Below, piece by piece: positions 1-9,314 of a DNA stretch of 64,000 bases. The position numbers and the translations under genes were made by a program. Position 1 is the stretch's first letter, and each line of letters opens with the position of its first letter. The notes below the pieces were generated by a model. The model was given only the letters and a program-made list of their open reading frames with translations, was not told the origin of the DNA and did no database searches. The DNA is from an uncultured Actinomycetota bacterium. GTDB lineage: Bacteria; Actinomycetota; Actinomycetes; JAHEKZ01. The DNA is taken from positions 321,864-385,863 of the forward strand of contig CAWGPZ010000006.1 in NCBI GenBank assembly GCA_963824605.1, given 5' to 3'.

Positions 1-2
1 GC

Positions 3-1253
3 ATGACCCACGTCCGACCGTCTAGCCTCGGCTCTGTGGCAACTCCGGGATCCGACCGCGGCGCACTGGACGGCGAGCTGTCTGAACTGGTGGCCAAGAT
101 CTCTGACGAGCTGGTCGAGATCCGGCGTGACCTCCACGCGCACCCTGAGCTGGGGCGACGCGAGACCAGGACAACCGCAGTCATCCACGACCGGCTCTCC
201 GCCGCGGGTCTGGATCCGGTCGTCCTGCCGGGCGGGTCTGGGGTCGTGTGCGACATCGGCGAGGGGCGCCGCACCGTGGCGTTGCGGGCCGACATCGATG
301 CCTTGCCGATCGACGACGAGAAGCGTTCGGCCACCTACCGGTCAACGGTGCCCGGCGTGTGCCATGCCTGCGGGCATGACGTCCACACTGCTGTGCTCAT
401 CGGCGTGGGAGTCGTCCTCGCCGAGCTCCACCGGCGGGAAGACTTCGACGGGCGAGTGAGGTTGATCTTCCAGCCGGCCGAGGAGTCGATGCCGGGTGGC
501 GCCATCGATGTCATCGAGGCAGGAACTCTCGACGGGGTCGACCGCATCCTCGCACTGCACTGCGACCCTCGCCAGGACGTCGGCAGCATCGGGGTGCGGG
601 TCGGGGCGATCACGGGCAGCAGTGATCACGTGAGCGTCACCTTGCACAGCGACGGGGGGCACACGGCGCGGCCGCACCTCACCGGCGACCTCGTGTACGC
701 CATGGCCAAGATCATCACCGACGTCCCGTCGATCCTGTCGCGTCGAGTCGACCCACGTGCCGGCCTGTCCGTCGTGTGGGGAACCGTGCGCGCGGGGGGC
801 GCCGCGAACGCGATCCCGCAGAACGGAGAGATCGCCGGCACCGTCCGCTCGCTCGACGCCCGGGTCTGGGAGAACGCCGAAGACGTGGTGACGCGCGCAG
901 TGGAAGATGTCGCCGTGGCCTACGGCGTCGGCGTCACCGTCGACTACACCCGTGGGGTTCCGCCGGTCATCAACGACGCCGCTTCGGTGCGGCTCATCGA
1001 GGCTGTGGCACGTCAGGCGCTCGGCGAGGGCAGGGTCGAGACGGTCGAACAGAGCCTCGGCGGTGAAGACTTCGCGTGGTACCTACCGCATGTGCCAGGT
1101 GCGCTGTTCCGCCTGGGCGTGCAGGTGCCGGGCACACATGACGGTGGCGACCTGCATCAGGGAACGTTCGACGTCGATGAGCGAGCGATCGACGTGGGTG
1201 TGCGGTTGATGGCCGCCGTCGCGCTCCTCGACCTTTCTCAAGCGGCGCGCTAG
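3..1253 (+). CDS. M20 family amidohydrolase (N-acyl-L-amino-acid amidohydrolase / hippurate hydrolase-like). The ORF starts at the window edge, so the true start may lie upstream.
   Basis: 416-aa ORF. Contains HAHPEL and HACGHDVH metal-binding motifs and the overall layout typical of M20D peptidases. Confidence 0.8.
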   Translation: MTHVRPSSLGSVATPGSDRGALDGELSELVAKISDELVEIRRDLHAHPELGRRETRTTAVIHDRLSAAGLDPVVLPGGSGVVCDIGEGRRTVALRADIDALPIDDEKRSATYRSTVPGVCHACGHDVHTAVLIGVGVVLAELHRREDFDGRVRLIFQPAEESMPGGAIDVIEAGTLDGVDRILALHCDPRQDVGSIGVRVGAITGSSDHVSVTLHSDGGHTARPHLTGDLVYAMAKIITDVPSILSRRVDPRAGLSVVWGTVRAGGAANAIPQNGEIAGTVRSLDARVWENAEDVVTRAVEDVAVAYGVGVTVDYTRGVPPVINDAASVRLIEAVARQALGEGRVETVEQSLGGEDFAWYLPHVPGALFRLGVQVPGTHDGGDLHQGTFDVDERAIDVGVRLMAAVALLDLSQAAR

Positions 1254-1708
1254 TTCGGCGAGGGAGCCGGCGCCGAGTTGGGGGGAGCCCCCACCATTCC
1301 GGCTGACTTGAACGGGTCGCGGCGCGGCGGGTCGCCGAGCTCAGCACGGGGGCAGGTGTCGAGGGTCAAGCCGACCCACGTGAGCGCATCGTCGACGAGC
1401 GATTCGACACGCCAGGAGCTTTCGAGCCCGTAGGGAGTCACGGTCACCTTGTAGATGGTGATCTGGTGGCGGTTGGGGGCGTCGTACATGACGGCGATGG
1501 ATCCGAGCAGGCGGGCGTTGCCACGCGTACCGCCCATGCCGTCCCAGGGCGTGTCGTAGCGCTGCCACAGCGACGACGTGGCGTTCCAGACGCCACCGGA
1601 GCTGATATCGAGCCGCTTCAGCTCGTCGAGGACGCGGTTGGCTGCGCGCTCGTCAAGGATCGCTGCTGGCCTGATGATGCGGACGTCGTCACGCGGTGCT
1701 ACACCCAT
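1250..1708 (-). CDS. Conserved hypothetical protein (152 aa) that sits downstream of the GGCT-like gene in an apparent operon.
   Basis: Intact ORF with ATG at 1706-1708. It is convergent with the M20 gene and overlaps it by 4 nt. I recognise no motif. Confidence 0.4.
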   Translation of the reverse strand: MGVAPRDDVRIIRPAAILDERAANRVLDELKRLDISSGGVWNATSSLWQRYDTPWDGMGGTRGNARLLGSIAVMYDAPNRHQITIYKVTVTPYGLESSWRVESLVDDALTWVGLTLDTCPRAELGDPPRRDPFKSAGMVGAPPNSAPAPSPN

Positions 1709-1760
1709 GGTGTGCCTATCGGGCGAAACCGAGCAGAGGTTGAGCCCCTATTCCCGACGA

Positions 1761-2210
1761 TCACGGACCGATGTTTCGGCAGGGGCGAGTTCGCAGGTCG
1801 CGGACGTAGTCATCGGGGGCGCCGGCCCGCTCGGCGGCGTCGGCCATGATGCCGAGGTAGCGGGCCGAGGGGAGGCCGCCCTCGTAGGCGATCAGGACGT
1901 AGAGCCAGGCGAGCTTGTCGCCGTCGAGGGTGTGGATACGCACCCGGATCTTGTCGTAGACCCCGAGCGCACCCTCCCAGGCGTCCAGCGCGCGCTCGTC
2001 GGGGTCGGTGAGGTCGTACAGCACCGCAAACACCTGAGATCCGGCCTCTTCGACGACCGTGGCCAGGGCGCCCTCCCAGCCGAGGTCCTCGCCGCCGAAA
2101 GTCAGCCGCCAGCCGTCCAACCAGCCGGTTCCCGCCGAGGGGGAGTGGGGGGCACGGTCGGCCATCTGCCGCGGATCCATGTTGCTGCCGTAGGCGGCGT
2201 AGAGGGCCAT
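1761..2210 (-). CDS. Gamma-glutamylcyclotransferase-like (AIG2/GGCT fold) protein, 149 aa.
   Basis: N-terminal MALYAAYGSNMD motif typical of GGCT/AIG2 proteins. The 321-aa ORF-track version is an upstream extension through Ser/Thr/Pro-rich sequence. ATG at 2208-2210. Confidence 0.6.
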   Translation of the reverse strand: MALYAAYGSNMDPRQMADRAPHSPSAGTGWLDGWRLTFGGEDLGWEGALATVVEEAGSQVFAVLYDLTDPDERALDAWEGALGVYDKIRVRIHTLDGDKLAWLYVLIAYEGGLPSARYLGIMADAAERAGAPDDYVRDLRTRPCRNIGP

Positions 2211-2262
2211 GGCGACGAGCGTAGGGGCCGCGCCCGAGGGTTCTGGTGATCTGTGCGCCAGA

Positions 2263-3645
2263 ATGTCGGACGTGGCGCGCATGGTGATCATCGGAGGCGG
2301 ACCCGGCGGGTACGAGGCCGCCCTGGTGGCGGCCCAGGTCGGTGCCGAGGTGACGCTCATCGACCGCGACGGTCTGGGCGGGTCGGCCGTGCTCACCGAC
2401 GTCGTCCCCAGCAAGGGGCTCATCACCGTGGCTGACGTCATGGACGAGGTCACCGACTCCCGCCAGCTCGGTGTCCGATTCGGCGGCGGCGTCGGAGTCG
2501 ATCTTGGTGTGGTCAACCAACGCCTCAAGGCCTTGGCCACCGCCCAGTCGGCCGATGTCGAGGCGCACCTGCAACGCGACGGCGTCCGGGTGGTGCGCGG
2601 CACCGGGCGACTTGACGGCCCAGATCGGGTCGTCGCCCAGCTGGTCGACGGTGGTGTTGAGCAGTTCGACGCCGACGCGGTCTTGGTCGCGACCGGGGCG
2701 CATCCGCGAGAGCTCGACGCCGCCAAGCCCGACGGCGACCGGATCCTGTCGTGGACCCAGCTCTACGACCTGGCCGAGCTGCCCCCCGAGCTGATCGTCG
2801 TCGGCTCGGGTGTCACCGGTGCCGAGTTCGCAGGGGCCTACCAGGCGCTGGGGTCGCAGGTGACCTTGATCTCCTCGCGCGACCGGGTGCTGCCAGGGGA
2901 GGACGCCGATGCTGCGGCCGTGCTCGAGGACGTCTTCGAGCGGCGCGGCATGACCGTGCTCTCCCGCTCGCGGGCGATGTCGGCGACGAGCACCTCCGAC
3001 GGAGTAGTGGTCGAGCTGCAGGACGGACGGACGATCACCGGTTCGCACGTGCTGATGGCGGTGGGGTCGGTTCCCAACACCATCGGGGTGGGGCTCGAAG
3101 AGGCCGGCGTCACGATGGACGACGGTGGCTTCGTGCAGGTCGACGGCGTCTCTCGTACGAGTGCGCGTGGGGTGTACGCCGCCGGCGACTGCACAGGCGT
3201 ACTCATGCTGGCGTCCGTGGCAGCGATGCAGGGCAGGATTGCCATGAAGCACGCCCTGGGCGAGGCAGTCAGTCCGCTCACCCTCTCGGTGGTGTCGAGC
3301 AATGTGTTCACCGACCCTGAGATCGCCACGGTCGGCGTCACGCAGCGACAGATCGACGCCGGTGAGGTCTCGGCGGCCCAGGTGAAGCTGCCACTGGCCA
3401 CCAACGCCCGCGCCAAGATGCAGGAGTTCCACGACGGCTTCGTCAAGCTCTACTGCCGCAGGGGTACCGGGATCGTGCTGGGCGGAGTGGTGGTGGCCCC
3501 GCGAGCCAGTGAGCTGATCTACCCGGTGTCGTTGGCCGTGCGGCTCGGGCTCAACGTCGACCAGGTGGCCGATGCATTCACTGTGTACCCGTCGTTGTCG
3601 GGTTCGGTGTCAGAGGCTGCCCGGCAGCTGCATCTGCGTAGCTAG
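2263..3645 (+). CDS. lpdA: LpdA-type flavoprotein disulfide reductase homologue that lacks the redox-active CxxxxC pair (NAD(P)H quinone reductase-like).
   Basis: FAD GxGxxG motif (VIIGGGPGG). Where a true dihydrolipoamide dehydrogenase has GGxCxxxGCxPSK, this protein has LGGSAVLTDVVPSKGLI with no cysteine. C-terminal HPSLSGSVSE dimer-interface motif. Start placed at ATG 2263 (MSDVARMVII), downstream of the overlapping divergent start. Confidence 0.75.
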   Translation: MSDVARMVIIGGGPGGYEAALVAAQVGAEVTLIDRDGLGGSAVLTDVVPSKGLITVADVMDEVTDSRQLGVRFGGGVGVDLGVVNQRLKALATAQSADVEAHLQRDGVRVVRGTGRLDGPDRVVAQLVDGGVEQFDADAVLVATGAHPRELDAAKPDGDRILSWTQLYDLAELPPELIVVGSGVTGAEFAGAYQALGSQVTLISSRDRVLPGEDADAAAVLEDVFERRGMTVLSRSRAMSATSTSDGVVVELQDGRTITGSHVLMAVGSVPNTIGVGLEEAGVTMDDGGFVQVDGVSRTSARGVYAAGDCTGVLMLASVAAMQGRIAMKHALGEAVSPLTLSVVSSNVFTDPEIATVGVTQRQIDAGEVSAAQVKLPLATNARAKMQEFHDGFVKLYCRRGTGIVLGGVVVAPRASELIYPVSLAVRLGLNVDQVADAFTVYPSLSGSVSEAARQLHLRS

Positions 3646-5117
3646 CCCCCGGTACTCGTCGGCGGGATGAGCCCGCCGTCGGCCAGCAGCCCGAGGCTCG
3701 TCTCCAGGGCGCCGGCCACGCGGAGGAGGACGCCCTCGCTGTGTGCCGGTCCGGTGACCGCCAGCCCGACCGGCAGCCCGTGGACGAACCCCATCGGGAC
3801 GCTCAGGATCGGATACCCGGCGATGGCTGGTGCCGACGTGCAGTCACCGCCACTCCCGTAGTCGCCCAGCACGAGGTCGGTCATGGACGCAGGAGGAAAG
3901 GCCGGAGCCACCAGGACGTCGACCTCGTGGGCACTGAAGACTGCGTCGAGACCATCGTCACGCGCCTGACGCACGATGCTGGCCCTGGCAGTGCGGTACG
4001 CCTCGCTGTCGAGCCCTGGCAGCGCCATGGCCTGCTCGAGGTACTCCTGACCGAACCAGCTGAGCTCGGCGTCGGCGTGGTCTCTGTTGAACGCCACGAC
4101 GTCGGCGACGGTCCTGGGCCCTCCTGCAGGGCGGCCTGCCAGGTAGGCGTTGAGGCCGTGCTGGAACTCGTGGAGCAGGACGCGCAGCCCTTCGTCCTCG
4201 TCGTCGCTTGCAGGCACGGGCAGGGACACGGCAGGAACCGGATCCACTATCGACGCGCCGGCCGCTGCGAGCAGCGACACCGCTACTTCTGCAACGGCAT
4301 CGGTCGGGGCGTTGTCGCCGAAGTGGTCCCGCACCACCCCGATCCGCACGCCGGACAGGTCTGCGTCCGTGCTGGCCGCCAGGTAGTGATCGGCGCCGGT
4401 CATGGCGTCGAGCAGCGCGGCGACCAGCCGCACCGAGCGGGCCATCGGGCCTGGTGCGTCCTGGGTGTGCGAAATCGGGATGATCCCGTCGGTCGGCAGC
4501 AGTCCCACGGTTGGTTTGAGCCCGACGACCCCGTTGAAGCTGGCGGGGCAGATGATCGAGCCGTCGGTCTCGGTGCCGACGGCGAGCGGCACCACGCCGA
4601 CTGAGACAGCCGCGGCCGAGCCGGATGAGGATCCGCCGGCGTTGCGCTGCGGGTCCCAGGGGTTGCGGGTGAGCCCACCCCGTGCGCTCCAGCCGCTCGT
4701 CGAGTGCGGTGAGCGCAGGTTGGCCCACTCACTCATGTTGGACTTGCCGAGCACCACCAGACCGGCATCGCGCAGTCGCCTGACCAGTGTGGCGTCCTGA
4801 CGTGGTCGAGTGCCGGTGAGCGCCAAGGAACCGGCGGTCGTCAGCATGCCGTCAGAGGTGTCGATGTTGTCCTTCAGAGCGATGGCCATCCCGTGCAGCG
4901 GGCCGCGGATGTGTCCATCGCGGGCTTCGGCATCGCGCTCCATGGCGATCGACATGGCATCTGGATTGACCTCGATCATGGTGCGGAGCTCTGGGCCGGA
5001 GTCGTCGACCGCCCCTCGTTGCGCGAGGTGGTGGTCGAGCTGCTCGGCGGCTGAGAGCCGGCGCTGGGAGAGCTCGGCGTCGGTGAAGAGCTGAGCCGAT
5101 GGGAGTGGCACCGTCAT
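3642..5117 (-). CDS. Amidase (amidase-signature family).
   Basis: GGSSSGSAAAVSVG...GTETDGSIICPASFNGVVGLKPT amidase signature. Start trimmed to ATG at 5115-5117 (MTVPLPSAQLF), about 60 aa before the KDN motif as in other AS amidases. Confidence 0.8.
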   Translation of the reverse strand: MTVPLPSAQLFTDAELSQRRLSAAEQLDHHLAQRGAVDDSGPELRTMIEVNPDAMSIAMERDAEARDGHIRGPLHGMAIALKDNIDTSDGMLTTAGSLALTGTRPRQDATLVRRLRDAGLVVLGKSNMSEWANLRSPHSTSGWSARGGLTRNPWDPQRNAGGSSSGSAAAVSVGVVPLAVGTETDGSIICPASFNGVVGLKPTVGLLPTDGIIPISHTQDAPGPMARSVRLVAALLDAMTGADHYLAASTDADLSGVRIGVVRDHFGDNAPTDAVAEVAVSLLAAAGASIVDPVPAVSLPVPASDDEDEGLRVLLHEFQHGLNAYLAGRPAGGPRTVADVVAFNRDHADAELSWFGQEYLEQAMALPGLDSEAYRTARASIVRQARDDGLDAVFSAHEVDVLVAPAFPPASMTDLVLGDYGSGGDCTSAPAIAGYPILSVPMGFVHGLPVGLAVTGPAHSEGVLLRVAGALETSLGLLADGGLIPPTSTGG

Positions 5118-6411
5118 GGCGACACTCTGGCAGACAACAATGGTGCAGGGCTGGATCGAGGAGGGCGGAGCAGACGTGAGAGTCGTCGTCGTGGGGGCAG
5201 GATTTGCCGGGCTCATGGCCGCCTGGCGACTACAGGAGTCCGGCCACGAAGTGGTCGTGCTCGAGGCGCGCGATCGAGTGGGCGGTCGGGTGTGGTCGTA
5301 CGAGATCGAAGCTGGCAACCCACAGACCCGGATCGAGCGGGGAGCTGAGTTCATCTTGAGCGGGTACGACCTGATGGAGTCCTTGATGGACGACTTCGGA
5401 CTCGCGTTGGCTCCCATGGGCATGTCGTACTACGTCCGTGAACCACGCGGGGTCGACACCACTCACCCGGCCGTGGCCGAAGCAGCTGGTGTCGTATCGG
5501 CGGCAGCCGCAGAGGCCCCCCGCAGCTCGTCACTCGCCGACCTGCTCAACGAACTCGAACGTTCCGGCGCAGCCGATGCGAACGCCTTGGCCGCCTTTCG
5601 TTCACGACTTGAGGTCACGAACGCCTGTTCAGCCGAATGGCTCTCGGCGGCCGCTGCCGCTGATGTGGCACTTGCGTTCGAGCCGAGGCCGTCCTACCGG
5701 GTGGCCGGCGGCAACCAGCGAGTCGCGATCGAGCTGAGCCGTCGACTCGGTGACGTGGTCCGACTCGGAGAGGTGGCGCGCAGCATCAACTGGGATGAAG
5801 GGTCGTGCCGCGTCGTCACGGACACCGGTGAACTCGTGGCAGACGTCGTCGTCCTGGCGACACCCATGGCTGTGACGCGAGAACTCGAGTTCGACCCGCC
5901 GCTGCCACAGTGGAAGCGTGACGCCTGGGGCAGGGCGGGGGTGGGCCAGGCAGCCAAGCTGCACATCCCGTTCGTCCGGAGTGCGTCGCCAGCTGCCTGG
6001 TCGGCGGTTCAGAACGTGCCCGAAAGATTCTGGACGTGGACCGCGACCGACGAGACCGGTGGCGTGCAGCCGATGGTGCACTGCTTCTCCGGATCTGGTC
6101 CGGCGCTCGAGGCGCTGCAGGTCGAGGCAGGACCGCGCACCTGGGCCGAACACGTGGCGTCCACGCGTGACGACCTGCCGCTCGACGTCGAACGTGCTGT
6201 GGTGACGACCTGGGCGGACGAGCCGTTCTCGCGTGAGGCGTACACGGCGATCACAGTTGAGACCGGAGCCGACGACGACGCGCTGCTTCAGCGTTCGGTC
6301 GGCACACTGCACTTCGCCGGCGAGCACACCGCCGGCGACTGGGCCGGGTTGATGGAGGGTGCCCTGCGCTCGGGTGCGCGAGCGGCCGACGAGGTGCTGG
6401 CACGACGCTAG
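5116..6411 (+). CDS. FAD-dependent amine oxidase (flavin-containing monoamine/putrescine oxidase family).
   Basis: VVVVGAGFAGLMAAWRL...VLEARDRVGGRVWS dinucleotide-binding and amine-oxidase motifs. Start uncertain: 5116 or ATG 5140. Confidence 0.75.
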   Translation: MATLWQTTMVQGWIEEGGADVRVVVVGAGFAGLMAAWRLQESGHEVVVLEARDRVGGRVWSYEIEAGNPQTRIERGAEFILSGYDLMESLMDDFGLALAPMGMSYYVREPRGVDTTHPAVAEAAGVVSAAAAEAPRSSSLADLLNELERSGAADANALAAFRSRLEVTNACSAEWLSAAAAADVALAFEPRPSYRVAGGNQRVAIELSRRLGDVVRLGEVARSINWDEGSCRVVTDTGELVADVVVLATPMAVTRELEFDPPLPQWKRDAWGRAGVGQAAKLHIPFVRSASPAAWSAVQNVPERFWTWTATDETGGVQPMVHCFSGSGPALEALQVEAGPRTWAEHVASTRDDLPLDVERAVVTTWADEPFSREAYTAITVETGADDDALLQRSVGTLHFAGEHTAGDWAGLMEGALRSGARAADEVLARR

Positions 6412-6488
6412 GAGGCATACCGGCGCCCCGGGGAAATGGCAAAGGGGTCAGAGCAAGACGGCATTGCTCCTGGCGATGCCGTCAGGTC

Positions 6489-6866
6489 TCAACCGCCGTA
6501 GGGCCGCGTGAGGATCTCCAGGAGGTGGCCGTTGGGGTCCTCCCAGTACACGCCGCGACCGCCGTCTCGGGTGTTGATCTCGCCGAGCTGCTCTTGGCCA
6601 GGATCTGCCCAGTACGGCAGACCTCGAGTACGGACCCGTTCGAAGATCTCGTCGAACTCGGCCTCGCTGACGATGAATGCGTAGTGCTGGGGATGCACGA
6701 CGTCGTCCACGTCGAGGAAGTCGAGAGAGACGTCGTTGTCGACCTGAACGATGACGAATGATCCGTACCGGGTTGGCGCGGCGAGGCCCAGCACGTCGGC
6801 GAGGAAGGCAGCGGACGCATGCTTGTCGTCCGCCCAGACGATCGTGTGATTGAGCTGAACGACCAT
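6489..6866 (-). CDS. VOC (glyoxalase / bleomycin-resistance fold) family protein.
   Basis: 125 aa starting from ATG 6866, which has an AGGAGA SD 5 nt upstream. The paired beta-alpha-beta-beta-beta composition is consistent with the VOC fold. Weak call. Confidence 0.55.
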   Translation of the reverse strand: MVVQLNHTIVWADDKHASAAFLADVLGLAAPTRYGSFVIVQVDNDVSLDFLDVDDVVHPQHYAFIVSEAEFDEIFERVRTRGLPYWADPGQEQLGEINTRDGGRGVYWEDPNGHLLEILTRPYGG

Positions 6867-7042
6867 GCGATCTCCTACGGAGGGGCCGTACTTGCTGAGG
6901 TGTTCATCCTCGCTGTCGGCAAGCCTCCGAATCAAGGCCTTTGATGACCCGCTCCACGAAGGCCGCTACTTCTGGCGAAGTTGCACGGCTGCCCAGCTCG
7001 AGATCGTCGCTGATCTCGAGCTGGGCAGCCGTTGACCTGGTG

Positions 7043-8080
7043 TCAGGCTGCGGCGGATGCGCGGGGCCGACCAACCAGTCCGAGCAGTCCGGCCAGCAAG
7101 ACGACCGCACCGGCACCGATCATCGTCCAGATGATCGGGACGAACGAGACCGACGTGATGGTGTCGTAGTTCGCCAGATTCTGGTCGAATGCGGCGACCA
7201 GGCCCTGGAACCGCGCCATCGAGTCGGGGAGAGTCTGCATCGCGGAGGCAACCGCTGGGAAGTTGTCGCCGATCATCGCGTTGAGCTCGTCCTGCGACAT
7301 GCCCAGCTGGTCAGCGAGGGCCGGCAGCATCGTGGTCTGCATCTCCTCGCCCATGGCTCCGAGCACCGCGACCGAACCAGCCGCCTGGGTGACGAGCTCC
7401 TGGGTGTACACCGGTTGAAGGTTCGCGTTGAGCTGGTCCGCGTCCGCCGCCTTCTGTGGCAGCGACAGCGCCAGCGGTGCAGCGATCAGCACGCCGCCAA
7501 GCACGAGGGCCAGGATCGCGCCGGTCCGGGCAGTCACCCAGATCAGGACTCCCACGACAATCGCCAGGATCCCGGCGATGAGCATCATCCACGGCACCGT
7601 GGTGGCGGGGAGGTCCTGAGTCGGGATTGCATCGGCCGACTCGAACAGCGGCTGCTGCGTCTGCAGCGTGGTGAGCAGGCCGTCAAAGGTGGGTGCCACC
7701 TCGGGGATAGCGGCCATCCCGTCGCTCACCGCGGGGAACTGCTCGTCCATCATCCCGGAGAACTCCTCGGGAGTCAGCCCCATCTGCTGGGCCAACGCCG
7801 GTCCCATCGTGGTCTGGAACTCTTCACCCACGGCAGCCACACCAGCGACGTCGGCCTTGGCCGTGTCCAGCGACTGCTGGACCAGCAGCGGGCGGAAGTC
7901 GTCGATCAGGTCCTCGAACGCCGGGCCGACGGCGAACAGGTTGTTCATGAAGGTGCTCAACAGCAGCACCACTCCCGCGGCGATCGTCAGGAGCGATGCG
8001 GCCTTCCGCATGGTCGAGGGGCTCCGCGAGGGGCCGGAGGCTCGGTGGCCCGCCGATGACTCGGCGGTGAGTGTGGACAT
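7043..8080 (-). CDS. Four-TM membrane protein built from two tandem copies of a ~120-aa module (a TM helix plus a soluble Gln/Thr-rich segment).
   Basis: Internal repeat: VGEEFQTTMGPALAQQMGLTPEEFSGMMDEQFPAVSDGMAAIPEVAPTFDGL versus LGAMGEEMQTTMLPALADQLGMSQDELNAMIGDNFPAVASAMQTLPDSMARFQGL. Start at ATG 8080, which has an AAGGGAG SD. Confidence 0.55.
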   Translation of the reverse strand: MSTLTAESSAGHRASGPSRSPSTMRKAASLLTIAAGVVLLLSTFMNNLFAVGPAFEDLIDDFRPLLVQQSLDTAKADVAGVAAVGEEFQTTMGPALAQQMGLTPEEFSGMMDEQFPAVSDGMAAIPEVAPTFDGLLTTLQTQQPLFESADAIPTQDLPATTVPWMMLIAGILAIVVGVLIWVTARTGAILALVLGGVLIAAPLALSLPQKAADADQLNANLQPVYTQELVTQAAGSVAVLGAMGEEMQTTMLPALADQLGMSQDELNAMIGDNFPAVASAMQTLPDSMARFQGLVAAFDQNLANYDTITSVSFVPIIWTMIGAGAVVLLAGLLGLVGRPRASAAA

Positions 8081-8202
8081 GGTTGGACTCCCTTTGTTCC
8101 TAGGTGGGGGCCCTGCTCCATTGAGGCAGCGATCGCCGGCCGACGGGAGGGCCGAAGGACCCGGCCCGGTAGTGATGCCCGTCACCGTGCTCGCGACAGC
8201 GG

Positions 8203-9039
8203 CTACCCCCCCGGTCGTAGGGCCCGGGAATCCAGGGTCCGGATGACCTGCTCCACGAATGCCGTTGCTTCCGGCGAGATCGGGCGTGGTTCCGACAGTG
8301 CTCGTTGTTCGTCGAGCGCCGAGGCAATCATGCCTACTGGGCCGAGACGTCTGTCGACGGCGATCTGGCCACCGGCGATCTTCGACACAAGGTCACCGTG
8401 ATTGGCGAAGATGAGAGCACGACATGCGTTGAGGACTGCGTAAGCCGCAGGGGCGTTGGCAATTCCCCAGCGCAACTCGTCGACCAGATACGCAAGCACG
8501 ACCGCCCGAGGAACAGAGCCGAAGACCTCCCGTGGATCTGGGCCGACCAAGGCGAAACCGGCGGCTTCGACAGACGACGTAGTGCATGAGAACGTCACGG
8601 TCACCCGCCACCGAGTCCCCGCGAACTGCACTGGCTGCCTTTCCATGTGAAGCCAGCAACGTGCACAAGGAACGGCCAAGGAGCGCTCGGGTTGGCTGCC
8701 TGTGCGAGGGTCACCACACTGCACTCGAGCCCGGTTCCTGGGCTGCCTGGACCGTGTTCGGCAAGCACCTGCTCGACAGCTGTGAGCGTTGTCTCCCGCT
8801 CGGGGATCGCGAAGCACGATCAGGATGTCCACGTCGCTGCGCGTCGCCACCCATCCGCCGAGCGCCGCCGAGCCATGCAGGTAGGCGCCCACGAGGTGCC
8901 CGTCGCTGCTGCTGGCGACGAGGTCGGCGAGCTTGTGTCCGAAGTCGGCAACGTCTCCGGGAACCTGGGTATGCGCCGTCACGGTTTCCCATCCTTCCCC
9001 AACACGACTCCCACATCCGGGCTCGGCAGACGGCATCAT
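8203..9039 (-). pseudogene. AadA/ANT(3'')(9)-like nucleotidyltransferase (NTase domain plus DUF4111-like C-terminus) with two compensating frameshifts.
   Basis: Frame A holds GAYLHGSAALGGWVATRSDVDILIVL (NTase motif) and the C-terminal ALVGPDPREVFGSVP...AYAVLNACRALIFANHGDLVSKIAG. About 60 aa between them read as Arg-rich nonsense in frame A. In the +1 frame they read IPERETTLTAVEQVLAEHGPGSPGTGLECSVVTLA, which aligns to the AadA core. Shifts lie near 8795 and 8665. Confidence 0.55.
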
Positions 9040-9314
9040 CGATCTTCACATCGCGCGTACAGACCCCCCTGACCGGACCCACCATGACAAAACGCGCCGG
9101 ACCACGCCTCCTCCCTCGACGTTCGTGGTTCTTTCTGCGTTACTCGCCGGTGTTGTCTCCGTTGCCTGCGCGGCAGGGGCGGCAACTGCGCTGGAGACAC
9201 TCGAGCGGCTGGAGGCGCGTCTGGTCGCGATAGAGGGCGTTCTCGCCGAAAGGTCGACGCCCGCAGCGCCCCCTGGGGGACGCGCAGACGCGTCACGCTA
9301 GGCGCATGCGCGCT

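Noticed and set aside
1810-3432. 540-aa minus-strand ORF antisense to the lpdA-like gene
   Set aside because: Low-complexity Arg/Gly/His-rich product opposite a confidently called gene. GC-driven artefact.
6941-8059. 372-aa plus-strand ORF antisense to the duplicated membrane protein
   Set aside because: Arg/His/Gln-rich nonsense composition. The opposite strand encodes a coherent TM protein with an SD-supported start.
9125-9301. Possible 58-aa small membrane/coiled-coil ORF (VVLSALLAGVVSVACAAG...LETLERLEARLVAIEGVLAER) between the nucleotidyltransferase and accA
   Set aside because: Protein-like composition, but there is no SD, no homology I recognise and only a GTG start. Too weak to call as a feature.
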